This document shows positions 1-9,908 of a DNA stretch of 64,000 bases, piece after piece. The notes beneath the pieces are model-generated. The model was not told the DNA's origin and made no database searches. It was given only the letters and a program-made list of their open reading frames with translations. Numbering within the stretch: position 1 is the stretch's first letter; each line of letters begins with the position of its first letter. Origin of the DNA: Bacteroidota bacterium. Its GTDB lineage: Bacteria > Bacteroidota > Ignavibacteria > Palsa-1295. Position numbers and translations under genes: made by a program. Location of the stretch: positions 5,713-69,712 of the forward strand of contig JAJPIQ010000085.1 of NCBI GenBank assembly GCA_021324685.1. The letters are read 5' to 3'.

Positions 1-385
1 GCGCCGAAAAAATAAACAAGAATAAATTCGTGCGACTGTGCTGAATGATATCCTCGCGAATGAAGAAAAGGACGGCAATGAGAATGAGCGCATTGATGAG
101 CAGTGCGCGCGAAAGTTGCGCAAATTGCATTACGCCCGTGGAGTAGACCTTGAATTTATAGAGCAGGTGTTGACGAAAAATCAGAATCAGCAACGGGAAC
201 GAAGCGTAGAGCGTCGCAATCCGAAGGACGTATTCACCGAGGGAGTGTTCGACGTCGTAGGTATCGCCAGTGAAATAATGCAGGACGAGCGCCGCGATCG
301 CGGCAAGCGTGATCGCGACCCAGTCCAGAAGGACCAGCGTCACCTTTGGCCAACCATGGCGCCGGATCGTCGATGCAAAAATCAC
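1..385 (-). CDS. N-terminal membrane part of a polyprenyl-phosphate sugar transferase (WcaJ/WbaP type), runs off the window
   Basis: Manual translation from GTG at 385 (GTGA overlap with the aminotransferase stop): MIFASTIRRHGWPKVTLVLLDWVAITLAAIAALVLHYF...; four hydrophobic segments; open to the window edge; polysaccharide-cluster context. Confidence 0.6.
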   Translation of the reverse strand, partial: MIFASTIRRHGWPKVTLVLLDWVAITLAAIAALVLHYFTGDTYDVEHSLGEYVLRIATLYASFPLLILIFRQHLLYKFKVYSTGVMQFAQLSRALLINALILIAVLFFIREDIIQHSRTNLFLFIFSA

Positions 386-1497
386 GCTCCCCCGCCGCCT
401 CCATAAAATTCCCGGATGGCTCCGGCCGTGTACTCGATCTGATCGTCCTTTAGTTCCGGGAACATGGGGAGCGAGAGAATCCGCTTCGCAGAGCGCTCGG
501 CGCGTGGAAACGCGCCTTCTTTATATCCAAGCTCCGCAAAACAGGGTTGAAGGTGCAGCGGAATGGGATAATGGAGACCCGTCGATATCTCGCGTTGTTC
601 CAGAAAATTTCGAAGCGAATCTCGCCGGTCGGCTTCGATCACAAAAAGATGATAGACGTGCCGTGCTCCATCGCGGACGGAAGGCAATTTTATTTCCGCA
701 ACGTCCTGCAATAATTCGCAATATTTTTTAGCGTGTCGTTCTCGTGCTTGGGTCCACGCTTCAAGATACTGAAGTTTTATTCGAAGGACCGCCGCCTGTA
801 AGGCTTCCATTCGGTAATTATGGCCCGCAATGATATGTCGGTATTTTTGTTCCGAACCGTGATCGCGAAGCTTGCGCATGGTTTCGGCAAGCGTACTATC
901 GGTCGTAACGACAGCTCCCGCCTCTCCATACGCTCCTAAGTTTTTTCCAGGATAAAAACTAAAGCCTGCCGCAACGCCCCAGGCGCCTGCCAGTTTTTCA
1001 TCGAGGGAAGCAAGATGAGCCTGGGCCGCATCTTCAATGAGCGTAAGGCCATATCGCTCCACGAAGGGAGCGATCGAACGCATATCCGCGATCTGGCCGT
1101 AGAGATGAACAGGAACCGCAGCGCGCGTACGGCGCGTCATGCGCCGCTCCAGTTCTTCCCCATTGAGCACGAAACACTCATCGTGATCGGCGAAGATCGG
1201 CCGAGCGCCGGCGAGCAGCACAGCTTCTGCGGTAGCGATGAACGTATTGACCGGCACAATAACCTCGTCGCCACGCTTGATTCCTACCGCCCAGAGTGCA
1301 AGATGCAGTGCGGACGTGCCGTTGTTTGTTGCAATGCAATGCCGGGTGTGCTGTGCATGGGCAAAGGCTTCTTCGAAGGCGGTGACTTCCGGCCCCAGAA
1401 TAAACTGGGTTGAGTTTAGTACGCGATCGATCGCCTCGGCGATCTCGCTTCGAATAGAGTCATATTGTTGTTTCAGGTCGAGGAACAGTACGCGCAT
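382..1497 (-). CDS. DegT/DnrJ/EryC1/StrS family PLP-dependent sugar aminotransferase
   Basis: Motifs NGTSALHLAL, VHLYGQ, IEDAAQAH, FSFYPGKNLGAYGEAG. Confidence 0.95.
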   Translation of the reverse strand: MRVLFLDLKQQYDSIRSEIAEAIDRVLNSTQFILGPEVTAFEEAFAHAQHTRHCIATNNGTSALHLALWAVGIKRGDEVIVPVNTFIATAEAVLLAGARPIFADHDECFVLNGEELERRMTRRTRAAVPVHLYGQIADMRSIAPFVERYGLTLIEDAAQAHLASLDEKLAGAWGVAAGFSFYPGKNLGAYGEAGAVVTTDSTLAETMRKLRDHGSEQKYRHIIAGHNYRMEALQAAVLRIKLQYLEAWTQARERHAKKYCELLQDVAEIKLPSVRDGARHVYHLFVIEADRRDSLRNFLEQREISTGLHYPIPLHLQPCFAELGYKEGAFPRAERSAKRILSLPMFPELKDDQIEYTAGAIREFYGGGGGA

Positions 1498-2816
1498 TAT
1501 GTTGCAGGAAGTAATTTCATTTGTTCTTTGATGGTGTTGATCTCATCGGGAGCAAGGACCAAACCTTCGCGGCCCACATTGACCCGCTCTTCATAGCAGA
1601 GCCTCGCCCCAAAGCCCATAAAGACGAAGAGATATTGTGTAAAGACATAAAAGTAGAAAAACGTATTGTCGCTGGTACAACTGAGAGCGAACATCACGGG
1701 GGTCATGATAAGAATGGCCTTGAATGGGAAATATTCGTTCATCCCTTTCCCAAGCAGGAGCCCGCGAATGAACATGTCGATAAGACCCAAATAAAACAGG
1801 AACAACCCGATGCGGCCACCATCGAAACGGATACGAAGATATTCGTCGTGCGGGGCACCGACCATCGTAATATGATCGGTGATCCACTTGGCGTAGACTT
1901 CCGTTCCTCCGGCGCCATATCCCCAGAGAGGCCCGGCATCGGCTTTTTCCTCGAAGTAATGCTGGAAAAAGCTCCGACCGCTGTCGCGCATATTGAGCGA
2001 ATCGTCCGTATTGAAAAATTTATTTCGCGAAGGAAGGAGAAAAATAATTCCTATCAGCGCTCCCATCGCAATCGTCCCAATCGCCGTATATCGAAGGTTC
2101 CTGCGGTAAAACATCGCGATCATGGAGCCGGCCATAAAGACGAATGTTGGCGTTCGGCTGGCGGCCAGCAGCAACAAGACCAGATTGACCAGGTAGACGA
2201 CCAGCAGCTTCCACTCGAATTTTTCCATCATGCGCATCGTCAGGATCGTCGCCATCGTGCCATAAAAATAGGCGGTGACCGTCCGGTACCCGATTACGCC
2301 TTCCGTCATCGCACCGGCTCCGCGGATTGCCGCCCAGCCCGTGAAGGCGTTGTAAAGATCGCAGATGGCGACGACGATGTTGATAATGAGCATCCATTTA
2401 TAGTACTTCTGAATGTGCGTATCGTTCTGGATGACATTGAACGCGACGAGGTACAAAATAGACGGGAACGCAATTTCAAGGACCGTTCGAATGCCGGTCG
2501 CAATATTTTCAGACCAGGCAAGCGAAATAAAATAATACCCTAAGAACACCCACCAGAACTTGGGCGAATACTTCCACGCCCGGCGCCGCTCGGTACGCGT
2601 TAACTTTTGCCACGTCATGAAACACACCACCATCGGTAAGACGCCGCTAAACAGTTCGACCTCTGTAATACCGAGATTGATATAGAGACTCTTAAATCCA
2701 AAAAGAATATAAAAGACGGGCGTCGCAAAAGACCACAGGATCGTGTAGGGCCGCTCGGTCTTCGAGATGAGCCCGACGAGGACTAACAAGATCGCTATGG
2801 CAATAATATCATTCAT
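1497..2816 (-). CDS. O-antigen ligase/Wzy-like polysaccharide polymerase
   Basis: Many TM helices; SRT and SGR motifs, P(L)WGYGAG, PHDEYLR loop; start placed at ATG 2816 (ATGA overlap with upstream gene) instead of 2855. Confidence 0.8.
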   Translation of the reverse strand: MNDIIAIAILLVLVGLISKTERPYTILWSFATPVFYILFGFKSLYINLGITEVELFSGVLPMVVCFMTWQKLTRTERRRAWKYSPKFWWVFLGYYFISLAWSENIATGIRTVLEIAFPSILYLVAFNVIQNDTHIQKYYKWMLIINIVVAICDLYNAFTGWAAIRGAGAMTEGVIGYRTVTAYFYGTMATILTMRMMEKFEWKLLVVYLVNLVLLLLAASRTPTFVFMAGSMIAMFYRRNLRYTAIGTIAMGALIGIIFLLPSRNKFFNTDDSLNMRDSGRSFFQHYFEEKADAGPLWGYGAGGTEVYAKWITDHITMVGAPHDEYLRIRFDGGRIGLFLFYLGLIDMFIRGLLLGKGMNEYFPFKAILIMTPVMFALSCTSDNTFFYFYVFTQYLFVFMGFGARLCYEERVNVGREGLVLAPDEINTIKEQMKLLPAT

Positions 2817-4012
2817 CGAATACCTGGAACGGGGGTTGCCATGTCCTGTGAGCATCCGGCCGAGCGATTATTCCTGCCAACGGGCAAGCCTTCGCGCAGC
2901 ATCCATTCATAAATTCGGAATTGGGTTTGAGCGATCGTTTCGTGAGTAAACTGCTTTCGAATACGTTCGACTCCGCGGTCCGCAAGTGCCGTTCGCTCCT
3001 CTTCGTTCTCGAAAATCCGATCGAGGACCTGCGCCAATGCCTCGGCGTTCCCTTCCTCGAAAATGATTCCGGCATTCCCAATGACATTCGGGATCTCCCC
3101 GGAGTTCGACCCGACCACCGGAATTCCGGCCGCCATTGCTTCCAATAAGATATGACCGAACTGTTCGACCCAGCGAGGAGTCGTTCGACTGGGAAGTACG
3201 AGGACATCCATTTTCTCGAGGTGTGCGGGTAATTCATCGTTACGAACCGGTGGGTGCCATTCGAAATCGATCCCGTGATACGCGGCCTCGCGCTTCGCAC
3301 GGTCGAGCGCCTCGCCGGCACCCACACAATAGAGTTTGCTCGAGCCCACGTGCTGCATTCGGCTTACCGCTCGAACGAGGTCGAATACTCCTTTTTCTTC
3401 CGTGATCCGGCCGGCATATCCGACACAAAACGGCGCATTCGAATGCTGCTGTTCTGTGCGCAATGGCAATGGCTCGACCCCGAGTTGGGGTAAGACATGG
3501 ACGGGCTTCATAAAGCCATGCTCTCGAAGGACATCTCGGGCCCGTGCATTTCCGGCGATCGCACAAGTGGAGTGCGACAGGTTGAAACGTTCTGCGATTT
3601 TCTTAATCCCCTTCGGCTGATATGGAAGGTTCCACCACGTAAAAAAAATCGAGCGAGATTGTCTCGAAAATAATTTGAGGGCAAGCAGTACCTGGAGGTA
3701 AACGAGCGCGTATGCGCCTTGCTCAACGTGAACAATATCGGGCTGCAGCCGAGCGATAAGCGGGAAGATGGAAGGTGAAAAAAGATACGCGCCTTCTTTT
3801 CCGATCCCCCACGCCTTGAGAATACGATGATGGACGTTGGGTGCGAGCGCCGAGTCGAATCGGTCGGTCTCATTCCGGTAGAGCGGCCCCTTCCATGCCT
3901 GCGGCGTCACAAGCACGATCTCGACGCCCGGCTGCTTCGCCAGTGCCGCAATCTTGGCATGGTTCGCGCGAACGGTATAGGTATGGCCGATATATAAGAT
4001 CTTCATCGTCAC
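2813..4012 (-). CDS. Glycosyltransferase family 4
   Basis: GRITEEKG and EQFGHILLEAMAAGIPVV motifs. Confidence 0.93.
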   Translation of the reverse strand: MTMKILYIGHTYTVRANHAKIAALAKQPGVEIVLVTPQAWKGPLYRNETDRFDSALAPNVHHRILKAWGIGKEGAYLFSPSIFPLIARLQPDIVHVEQGAYALVYLQVLLALKLFSRQSRSIFFTWWNLPYQPKGIKKIAERFNLSHSTCAIAGNARARDVLREHGFMKPVHVLPQLGVEPLPLRTEQQHSNAPFCVGYAGRITEEKGVFDLVRAVSRMQHVGSSKLYCVGAGEALDRAKREAAYHGIDFEWHPPVRNDELPAHLEKMDVLVLPSRTTPRWVEQFGHILLEAMAAGIPVVGSNSGEIPNVIGNAGIIFEEGNAEALAQVLDRIFENEEERTALADRGVERIRKQFTHETIAQTQFRIYEWMLREGLPVGRNNRSAGCSQDMATPVPGIR

Positions 4013-5010
4013 GTGGCCAGTCCTACGGTGTTGATCATGGTCTGCGCTCGTTTCGCATACGTCTCTTCACGAACGCGTTCGTAACCATTTTTTGATAATG
4101 CAGCGCGATGGGCCGGATCGTTTGCAAGCCGCCGTATCTTTTCCGACAATTCCCGGGCATCCTCGAAGTATTCTGCCTCGTCGCTTTCACGGAACCAAGT
4201 TTCGTGTTCTTCCGATCGCGAGGCGATCATGGGAGCGGCCGAAGCGGGAATTTCAAAGGTACGCATATTATGGCTTCCCGCATTTTGCGGCCGGAGAATA
4301 TTGATCGCCGTCGTTCCCCGATGCAAAAAACGAATGGCCTGTTCCCCATAAAGTGCTTTCGATCGCACCCATTCTCGAGGAATATGGCGCGCACGTTCCC
4401 ACCCATTCCCTGCGATGGCAATCTTCACCCGATCGACCGTTCCTAACACCCGATCTCGTTCCGGGGAATACGTCCCTACGAAGACCGCGTCATAATCGGC
4501 GGTGCAGGCGCTACTCTCGACTGGGAAGTGAAGTTCTGGGTCGTATGCGAACGGAAGATAATGCGCTTCTTTGGCACCGGCATCGAGAAAGCGCGCTACA
4601 AGTTGCTTATTCCATGTAAAATGTGCATGGTAAAGTGGAATCGTTTCCAACAAACGTTGGGAGCGGTTTGAGGCATCCCATGGGCTGTCGGGATTAAAAT
4701 TGACAACCGGCCGGTCTTTCACGACCCTGAGGATTTCCAAAAGCGCATCGGCGCTCAGCGTGCGCCCCTTAACGATAAGGACGAGGTCAGGCTGTTCCTG
4801 CTTCAACGATGCAATTAATTCCTTAGCGACCCGATCTGCAATAAAAAGACGGGCGACTTTTTCGACAAATGAAATTTTGGAAAGCGCAAACTCGCCAGCA
4901 CGCCGCTCCCAATCGAACCGAACGACACGCCATCCGATCGTCTCGAATGCCCGTGCATAGCTCTCTTCCAGTGAGCCATGCCAAAAGCTTCCGCAAAGAA
5001 GAACGGTCAT
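4009..5010 (-). CDS. Glycosyltransferase (CgeB/Glyco_trans_1_2-like)
   Basis: YLPFAYDP, FVGT, HNMRTFEIPA motifs; start at ATG 5010 (ATGA overlap). Confidence 0.85.
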   Translation of the reverse strand: MTVLLCGSFWHGSLEESYARAFETIGWRVVRFDWERRAGEFALSKISFVEKVARLFIADRVAKELIASLKQEQPDLVLIVKGRTLSADALLEILRVVKDRPVVNFNPDSPWDASNRSQRLLETIPLYHAHFTWNKQLVARFLDAGAKEAHYLPFAYDPELHFPVESSACTADYDAVFVGTYSPERDRVLGTVDRVKIAIAGNGWERARHIPREWVRSKALYGEQAIRFLHRGTTAINILRPQNAGSHNMRTFEIPASAAPMIASRSEEHETWFRESDEAEYFEDARELSEKIRRLANDPAHRAALSKNGYERVREETYAKRAQTMINTVGLAT

Positions 5011-6998
5011 TCTACCTCCTCCTTTGGCTTCCGCGCCCACAGGATAATATGTGGCGCGAACATAGCTGGCCAGATCGATTCCAGGAATGCAAGCCGAAAC
5101 AGGCGTGGCAGTTTCCGGCGCAGCATCGAAGAGAGATGCTGCGCAGCATAGCCACCAAAGGCATCGAGCCCATCGAAGATCGATGCGTCGGCATTCGATC
5201 GAACGGACTCGATCTGAAAGCCACAGACCTCCATCAGTCTTCGGAACGAATGCAAATTATAAAATCGAATGTGCGCACCGTTCCATTCGTTCGAAAAATC
5301 GGATATCGATGTCGATAGCTCCGCTTTGGTCAGGGACCGAAGCCGCTCTCGGAAATAGCCATTATTTGGAACGCTCGCGATGAATAAGCCTCCCGGTTTC
5401 AGCACACGGAACGTCTCCTTGACGGCAAATTTCGGATCGTATAAATGTTCCAGCACTTCGAGGCACACGGCACCCTCGAACGAGTTCGAAGAAAATGGGA
5501 ATGGCTTCGAGAGGTCGTGTTCGCGCGCATCGATTCCCATTCGCCGCGCGGCAGCGATGCCGCTGGGGCTGATATCGATCGCCTTAAGGTCCCGGACTTG
5601 CTTCACGAGCCACGCTTGATAATTCGTCGCATCTCCGCAGCCAACATCGAGGACCGAATCGTTCGGATGGAACGCGCCTTTAAAATGAAGATCGAGTTGA
5701 GGCTGGGTAAAGGAATGCGTGGGAGTCCAGCCCGAAGAACGATCCCAATAGGTATCGTAGAAGGACGCAACCTCGCCGGAATCTGTTTTTTCAAAACCCT
5801 TCTCGTCCAGGATATCACGATAGGCACGTTCGATATTCGTTCCGTAACTCTCCCATCCAAAACGTTGGGCCGACTGAGCCGCGCGCGCTCCGAGCGATCG
5901 TGCAAAATTGTGATCGCCGAGGACTCGTTCGATTTGCTCGGCGAGAGAATCGGTATCGGCGGGTGGGACGATGATCCCATTGGTACCGTCTTCGATAAAT
6001 TCTCTCGCTCCGGTGTATTCCGAAGCAATGACGGGTAGGCCACTCGCCATCGCCTCGGCAACGACAAGAGCGAGTCCCTCCTGGACGGAGGGAAGCACAA
6101 ACAGATCCGCCGCATGCATATGGCGAACCAGTTCGCGATTTGCGACGAACGGAAGGTGTTCGTCGATTTCAGAGCGCAGGGAATTCGTTTTCAGCCATTG
6201 TTCAAAATCCGTTTCAAAACGCCCGATCAGCTTGAGCCGAAACTTCGATCCTTTTTGCCGCAGCCGACGCGCCGCTTCCAACAGGTATGGTACCCCTTTC
6301 TGGAACCCTATGGCACCCACAAACAGCACCGTTGGAACTTCGCGCGGTCCGTTCTCCGGACTCGGATAAAATTGTTCCAGATCGACGCCATACCGGATTT
6401 TTACGATCTTTTTTGGATCGAATCCGCGGCGAAGAAAACTTTCGCGGGCAAATTCACTGGGTACCACGATCCGATCGGCCTCATGGTATTCTTTAAGCTG
6501 TTTTTCTTCGAGGAGCCGATCCCAGCGGGAATGCGCCATGGGTGGGATGCCGAACTTTTTTCGTTCCGTATCGATCAAATGGTATTGCTCGGAGATATGC
6601 GTGGAACCTCGCTCGACGATCGTTTTCGCACCCCGCGTTTTTGCTTCACGTAACTGAAAGAGCGATTGGCTCGCCCACCCTACGAAAAGATCGCCGCCAG
6701 CAATGAATTTTACGGCGGACCGATCGTATAAATTATCCTTTACGAAGTAGGAAAACGGCTGGTTATTTCTCATCGGAAGCTGCCGAATTCCATAGGAGAG
6801 ATACTCGGGCAGCGGGACCCGGCGTATGCGCGATAAAAACGCAGGATCGTTTGCGACGGAAGCAGGAAGTGTTCGATTGGGCAGTAAGGTATCGTTCAGC
6901 GTGGTCGTAATAAAGCGCTGCAAAAGGCCGCGCTTAGCCAGTTGCTCCACTAAATGATAGGCATGAAAGCGTCCGGCGACGCTTACGGTTACACGCAT
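5007..6998 (-). CDS. GT4 glycosyltransferase fused to a class I SAM-dependent methyltransferase
   Basis: N-terminal GT4 (KGVPYLLEA, EGLALVVAEAMASGLP); C-terminal VLDVGCG, LEVLEHL, LKPGG. Confidence 0.9.
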   Translation of the reverse strand: MRVTVSVAGRFHAYHLVEQLAKRGLLQRFITTTLNDTLLPNRTLPASVANDPAFLSRIRRVPLPEYLSYGIRQLPMRNNQPFSYFVKDNLYDRSAVKFIAGGDLFVGWASQSLFQLREAKTRGAKTIVERGSTHISEQYHLIDTERKKFGIPPMAHSRWDRLLEEKQLKEYHEADRIVVPSEFARESFLRRGFDPKKIVKIRYGVDLEQFYPSPENGPREVPTVLFVGAIGFQKGVPYLLEAARRLRQKGSKFRLKLIGRFETDFEQWLKTNSLRSEIDEHLPFVANRELVRHMHAADLFVLPSVQEGLALVVAEAMASGLPVIASEYTGAREFIEDGTNGIIVPPADTDSLAEQIERVLGDHNFARSLGARAAQSAQRFGWESYGTNIERAYRDILDEKGFEKTDSGEVASFYDTYWDRSSGWTPTHSFTQPQLDLHFKGAFHPNDSVLDVGCGDATNYQAWLVKQVRDLKAIDISPSGIAAARRMGIDAREHDLSKPFPFSSNSFEGAVCLEVLEHLYDPKFAVKETFRVLKPGGLFIASVPNNGYFRERLRSLTKAELSTSISDFSNEWNGAHIRFYNLHSFRRLMEVCGFQIESVRSNADASIFDGLDAFGGYAAQHLSSMLRRKLPRLFRLAFLESIWPAMFAPHIILWARKPKEEVE

Positions 6999-7053
6999 AA
7001 TAATTACTCGCAGCTTTTGGCAAACCGCTGCGATCGTTTTACAGGATCATCTT

Positions 7054-7551
7054 TCAGGCTAATTCGATCTCAATAAGCGGGGCATTCTTTTCGACCGAAC
7101 TTCCCTCTTCGACAAAAATTGCTTTAACGTGGCCCTTTCCATTTGCCACAATGTTATTTTCCATTTTCATCGCTTCCAGCACGACGAGTATCGAGGCACG
7201 GTCAACGAGGTCGCCGACCTCGACACGGACGACTCGAACGAGCCCGGGCATTGGCGCCTTCACTACAAGGGTTCCAGTGCGAAGGGTTCCCGTGTCCGAA
7301 CGTCCCTGAAAACGGTCTCGAACGATCTTTTCACGCTCCGTCTCGATCTTAAGCTGGACGCCGTCCAGGGCCTCGCCATCGCTTAACGATCCGTCCGGAA
7401 GCTGGAAGACCTCCTGAAAAGCGCTGCCGTTGGTTATGAGGAAATGTCCCGGGGCAACCTCTCGGATCTCCTCGATCGAAGCGGTCACCTCTTGCCAGGT
7501 GCCATTCCACTCGATTCTAAGCGTTTTTGAGTCGGCAGAGTCGTTCGGCAA
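7054..7551 (-). CDS. Biotin carboxyl carrier protein
   Basis: APMPG and EAMKM biotinylation motif. Confidence 0.92.
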   Translation of the reverse strand: MPNDSADSKTLRIEWNGTWQEVTASIEEIREVAPGHFLITNGSAFQEVFQLPDGSLSDGEALDGVQLKIETEREKIVRDRFQGRSDTGTLRTGTLVVKAPMPGLVRVVRVEVGDLVDRASILVVLEAMKMENNIVANGKGHVKAIFVEEGSSVEKNAPLIEIELA

Positions 7552-7557
7552 AGCTCG

Positions 7558-8892
7558 CTAAAAGAAAATATGCGTCTGTATAAGGGCGGTCGTTTCGGTA
7601 TGGTCTTCGGATTGGTGGGGATCTTCAGGAGCCGGCGCTGTCCCGCGGGCCACGCGAAATTCGGGGCGAAATTCCAGAAACCGAACCGGAAACCACTGTA
7701 ATCCAACGGTAATTCGGCTTTTAATGTTCGTTTCCGTGCCATTCGCGTTGCCATCCCGATAATTATCGAAGCGCAGGATACCCGTAAGGCCTTTCGTAAG
7801 ATCGACGGATGTCTCGATGGCAAGGGCATGGACAGTATCGGAGTATCCGCCCGAAATAACATGGTAAATGTAGTGCCCGAAATCGACTTCGGCAAGAATA
7901 CTTACGATACCGACATGGAGGCCGCCATGAATCGCGCCCAGCATTGTATGCGCCATGGAATCTGGAAGTCCCGATGCACCGGTAATATTCTCGATCGTAT
8001 GGTAATAAAGCGAACCCCCAATTTCCGCTGAAACAAGCCGTTCCAGCAACGGACCGGTATTAACAACCCCACGAAGTGAAAATGCGTATGGCTCAAGCGG
8101 ATTATCCTTGAAAATTTGCATTTGACCGGACGAACCGAACCCGGATCCTTCGTTGCCATTGAGGATATCGGCCGTAACGAACGCATGATCGAATAGCTCT
8201 GCGCCAAACTCCACGCCTTCGTCCTTATAATCCGGCTGCCAGAAGAGACCCGCTGGTCCGAACCCCGATAAATTCGCATTGCCTCCTCGTGTATAGATGG
8301 AGTGATCGTCGAACCGGATCCCGAACGCAGGATAAAACGCACCGATCTTGACATAGGCATCGCCGACGACGTCGCCGGACTCTAAGAATTCGCCCGAAGA
8401 ATGAACGAAATGGACGATCCCATATCCTTCCCAGGAGTTCGATGTTACCCCGGCCGCGACAATGGGATCGATTTTAATATAGGCCTGGACCGCTTCGGAA
8501 AGCTGGGCGCTGAAATAGATCGGCAATGCCATTTCGAGTCCCCCGCTCGCCTTTGTGGTCGTATCCCGATGCAGGGTACCCGATGGGAGCGAAAGCGTGG
8601 ACGTGACATGGTCCGAAAAATAAAGGAATTGGCTTCGCATATCGACTCCGATCCGGATCCCCTGCCCAATATTACCGCTGAAATCTGTTTTCGTTGGCCA
8701 CATCGCGAGTCGGTTCATCGCGAATTTGTCGCCGCCTTCGGTCCGAATGCGCCCCCCGGTGGGATCCAAATGACATCCGCGGCAGTCCGCATCGCCGCCG
8801 CGAAGGGCAAATCGCGGAAGGGCAAATGCTCGAGAACTAAAACTTAAAAGGATTAAAACGATGGCACTCGACAGGATGGGATTTCTTTTCAT
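7558..8892 (-). CDS. Monoheme cytochrome c fused to an outer-membrane beta-barrel (Cyc2-like architecture)
   Basis: Signal peptide, then ALPRFA...CRGCH; the rest is amphipathic beta-strands ending in Phe. Confidence 0.72.
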   Translation of the reverse strand: MKRNPILSSAIVLILLSFSSRAFALPRFALRGGDADCRGCHLDPTGGRIRTEGGDKFAMNRLAMWPTKTDFSGNIGQGIRIGVDMRSQFLYFSDHVTSTLSLPSGTLHRDTTTKASGGLEMALPIYFSAQLSEAVQAYIKIDPIVAAGVTSNSWEGYGIVHFVHSSGEFLESGDVVGDAYVKIGAFYPAFGIRFDDHSIYTRGGNANLSGFGPAGLFWQPDYKDEGVEFGAELFDHAFVTADILNGNEGSGFGSSGQMQIFKDNPLEPYAFSLRGVVNTGPLLERLVSAEIGGSLYYHTIENITGASGLPDSMAHTMLGAIHGGLHVGIVSILAEVDFGHYIYHVISGGYSDTVHALAIETSVDLTKGLTGILRFDNYRDGNANGTETNIKSRITVGLQWFPVRFLEFRPEFRVARGTAPAPEDPHQSEDHTETTALIQTHIFF

Positions 8893-8967
8893 GGTAAGAT
8901 TTGCAGAAGTGAAATAAGGACACTTCTCGCTGCAAAATTAAGACACGATCGGTTGCGAGATATAAGC

Positions 8968-9894
8968 TCAGCCGTTTCCGCGCATACCCGCGACGTCGTT
9001 CGCAATCGCTTGCCGAAGTTCTTCGAGCGAGCCGAATTTTTCCTGCGGCCGAATATACCGTAGCAATTCGACAGTGAGTATTTTATCGTAAAGATCGCCT
9101 TTGAACTCCAGGATCAACGCTTCAATGGCCCGCACGCCGTTTTCGTGCGTTGTCGGTTTCGTACCGATGCTCACGGCCGATCGCCAACGCTTGCCGTCAA
9201 GGATCACCCGGGCTTCATAAATACCATCGGCAGGAATCAATTTCACCGGATCGACTTCAAGATTAGCGGTTGGGAATCCGAGCGTACGTCCCAGAGCATC
9301 TCCATGGACTACTCGTCCTGAAAATGTATAGGGACGTCCGAGCCAGATGTTGGCATTGGTAATATCTCTTTCTTTAAGTGCCGACCGTATCTTGCTGGAA
9401 CTTAACGAGATGCCATCGACGGTTACAGGTCCCACTTCTTCAATAGCAATGCCCATTCCCGGTGCGATCTTCTTAAGGTGCTCGGCATCTCCTTCGCGGT
9501 TTTTCCCAAATGCATGATTGAATCCAACGACCATTGCTTTACTTCCAAGCGCTCGCACGATCGTCTGATGAAAAAAGTCGAGATACGAGGTCTGGGAAAA
9601 CTCCTTTGTAAACTCGATCACCAGCGTTTCGTCGATCCCCGTTTCCGCAATGAGTTCCAGGCGTTCGTCGATGGTCGTCAGAAGTTCCACCGAGGTGTTA
9701 TTTCGACGAAGGACCTCCTGGGGATGCGGATGGAACGTGAGAAGAAGCGAACGGTCGAGGCCGAGTTCTGCTTTGCGTTCGAGAAGGCGGTCAAGAATAT
9801 GTCGATGCCCCCGATGGACGCCATCGTAGGCACCAAGCGTGGTTATGGTCTTCGGATCGAAACGAGCGTTTTCTAATCCCCAGGTAGTGTGCAA
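8968..9894 (-). CDS. ribF: Bifunctional riboflavin kinase/FAD synthetase
   Basis: GAYDGVHRGH, TFHPHP, SSSKIR, GRTLGFPTAN; follows truB. Confidence 0.96.
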   Translation of the reverse strand: MHTTWGLENARFDPKTITTLGAYDGVHRGHRHILDRLLERKAELGLDRSLLLTFHPHPQEVLRRNNTSVELLTTIDERLELIAETGIDETLVIEFTKEFSQTSYLDFFHQTIVRALGSKAMVVGFNHAFGKNREGDAEHLKKIAPGMGIAIEEVGPVTVDGISLSSSKIRSALKERDITNANIWLGRPYTFSGRVVHGDALGRTLGFPTANLEVDPVKLIPADGIYEARVILDGKRWRSAVSIGTKPTTHENGVRAIEALILEFKGDLYDKILTVELLRYIRPQEKFGSLEELRQAIANDVAGMRGNG

Positions 9895-9908
9895 GGATAA
9901 TCGACGAA

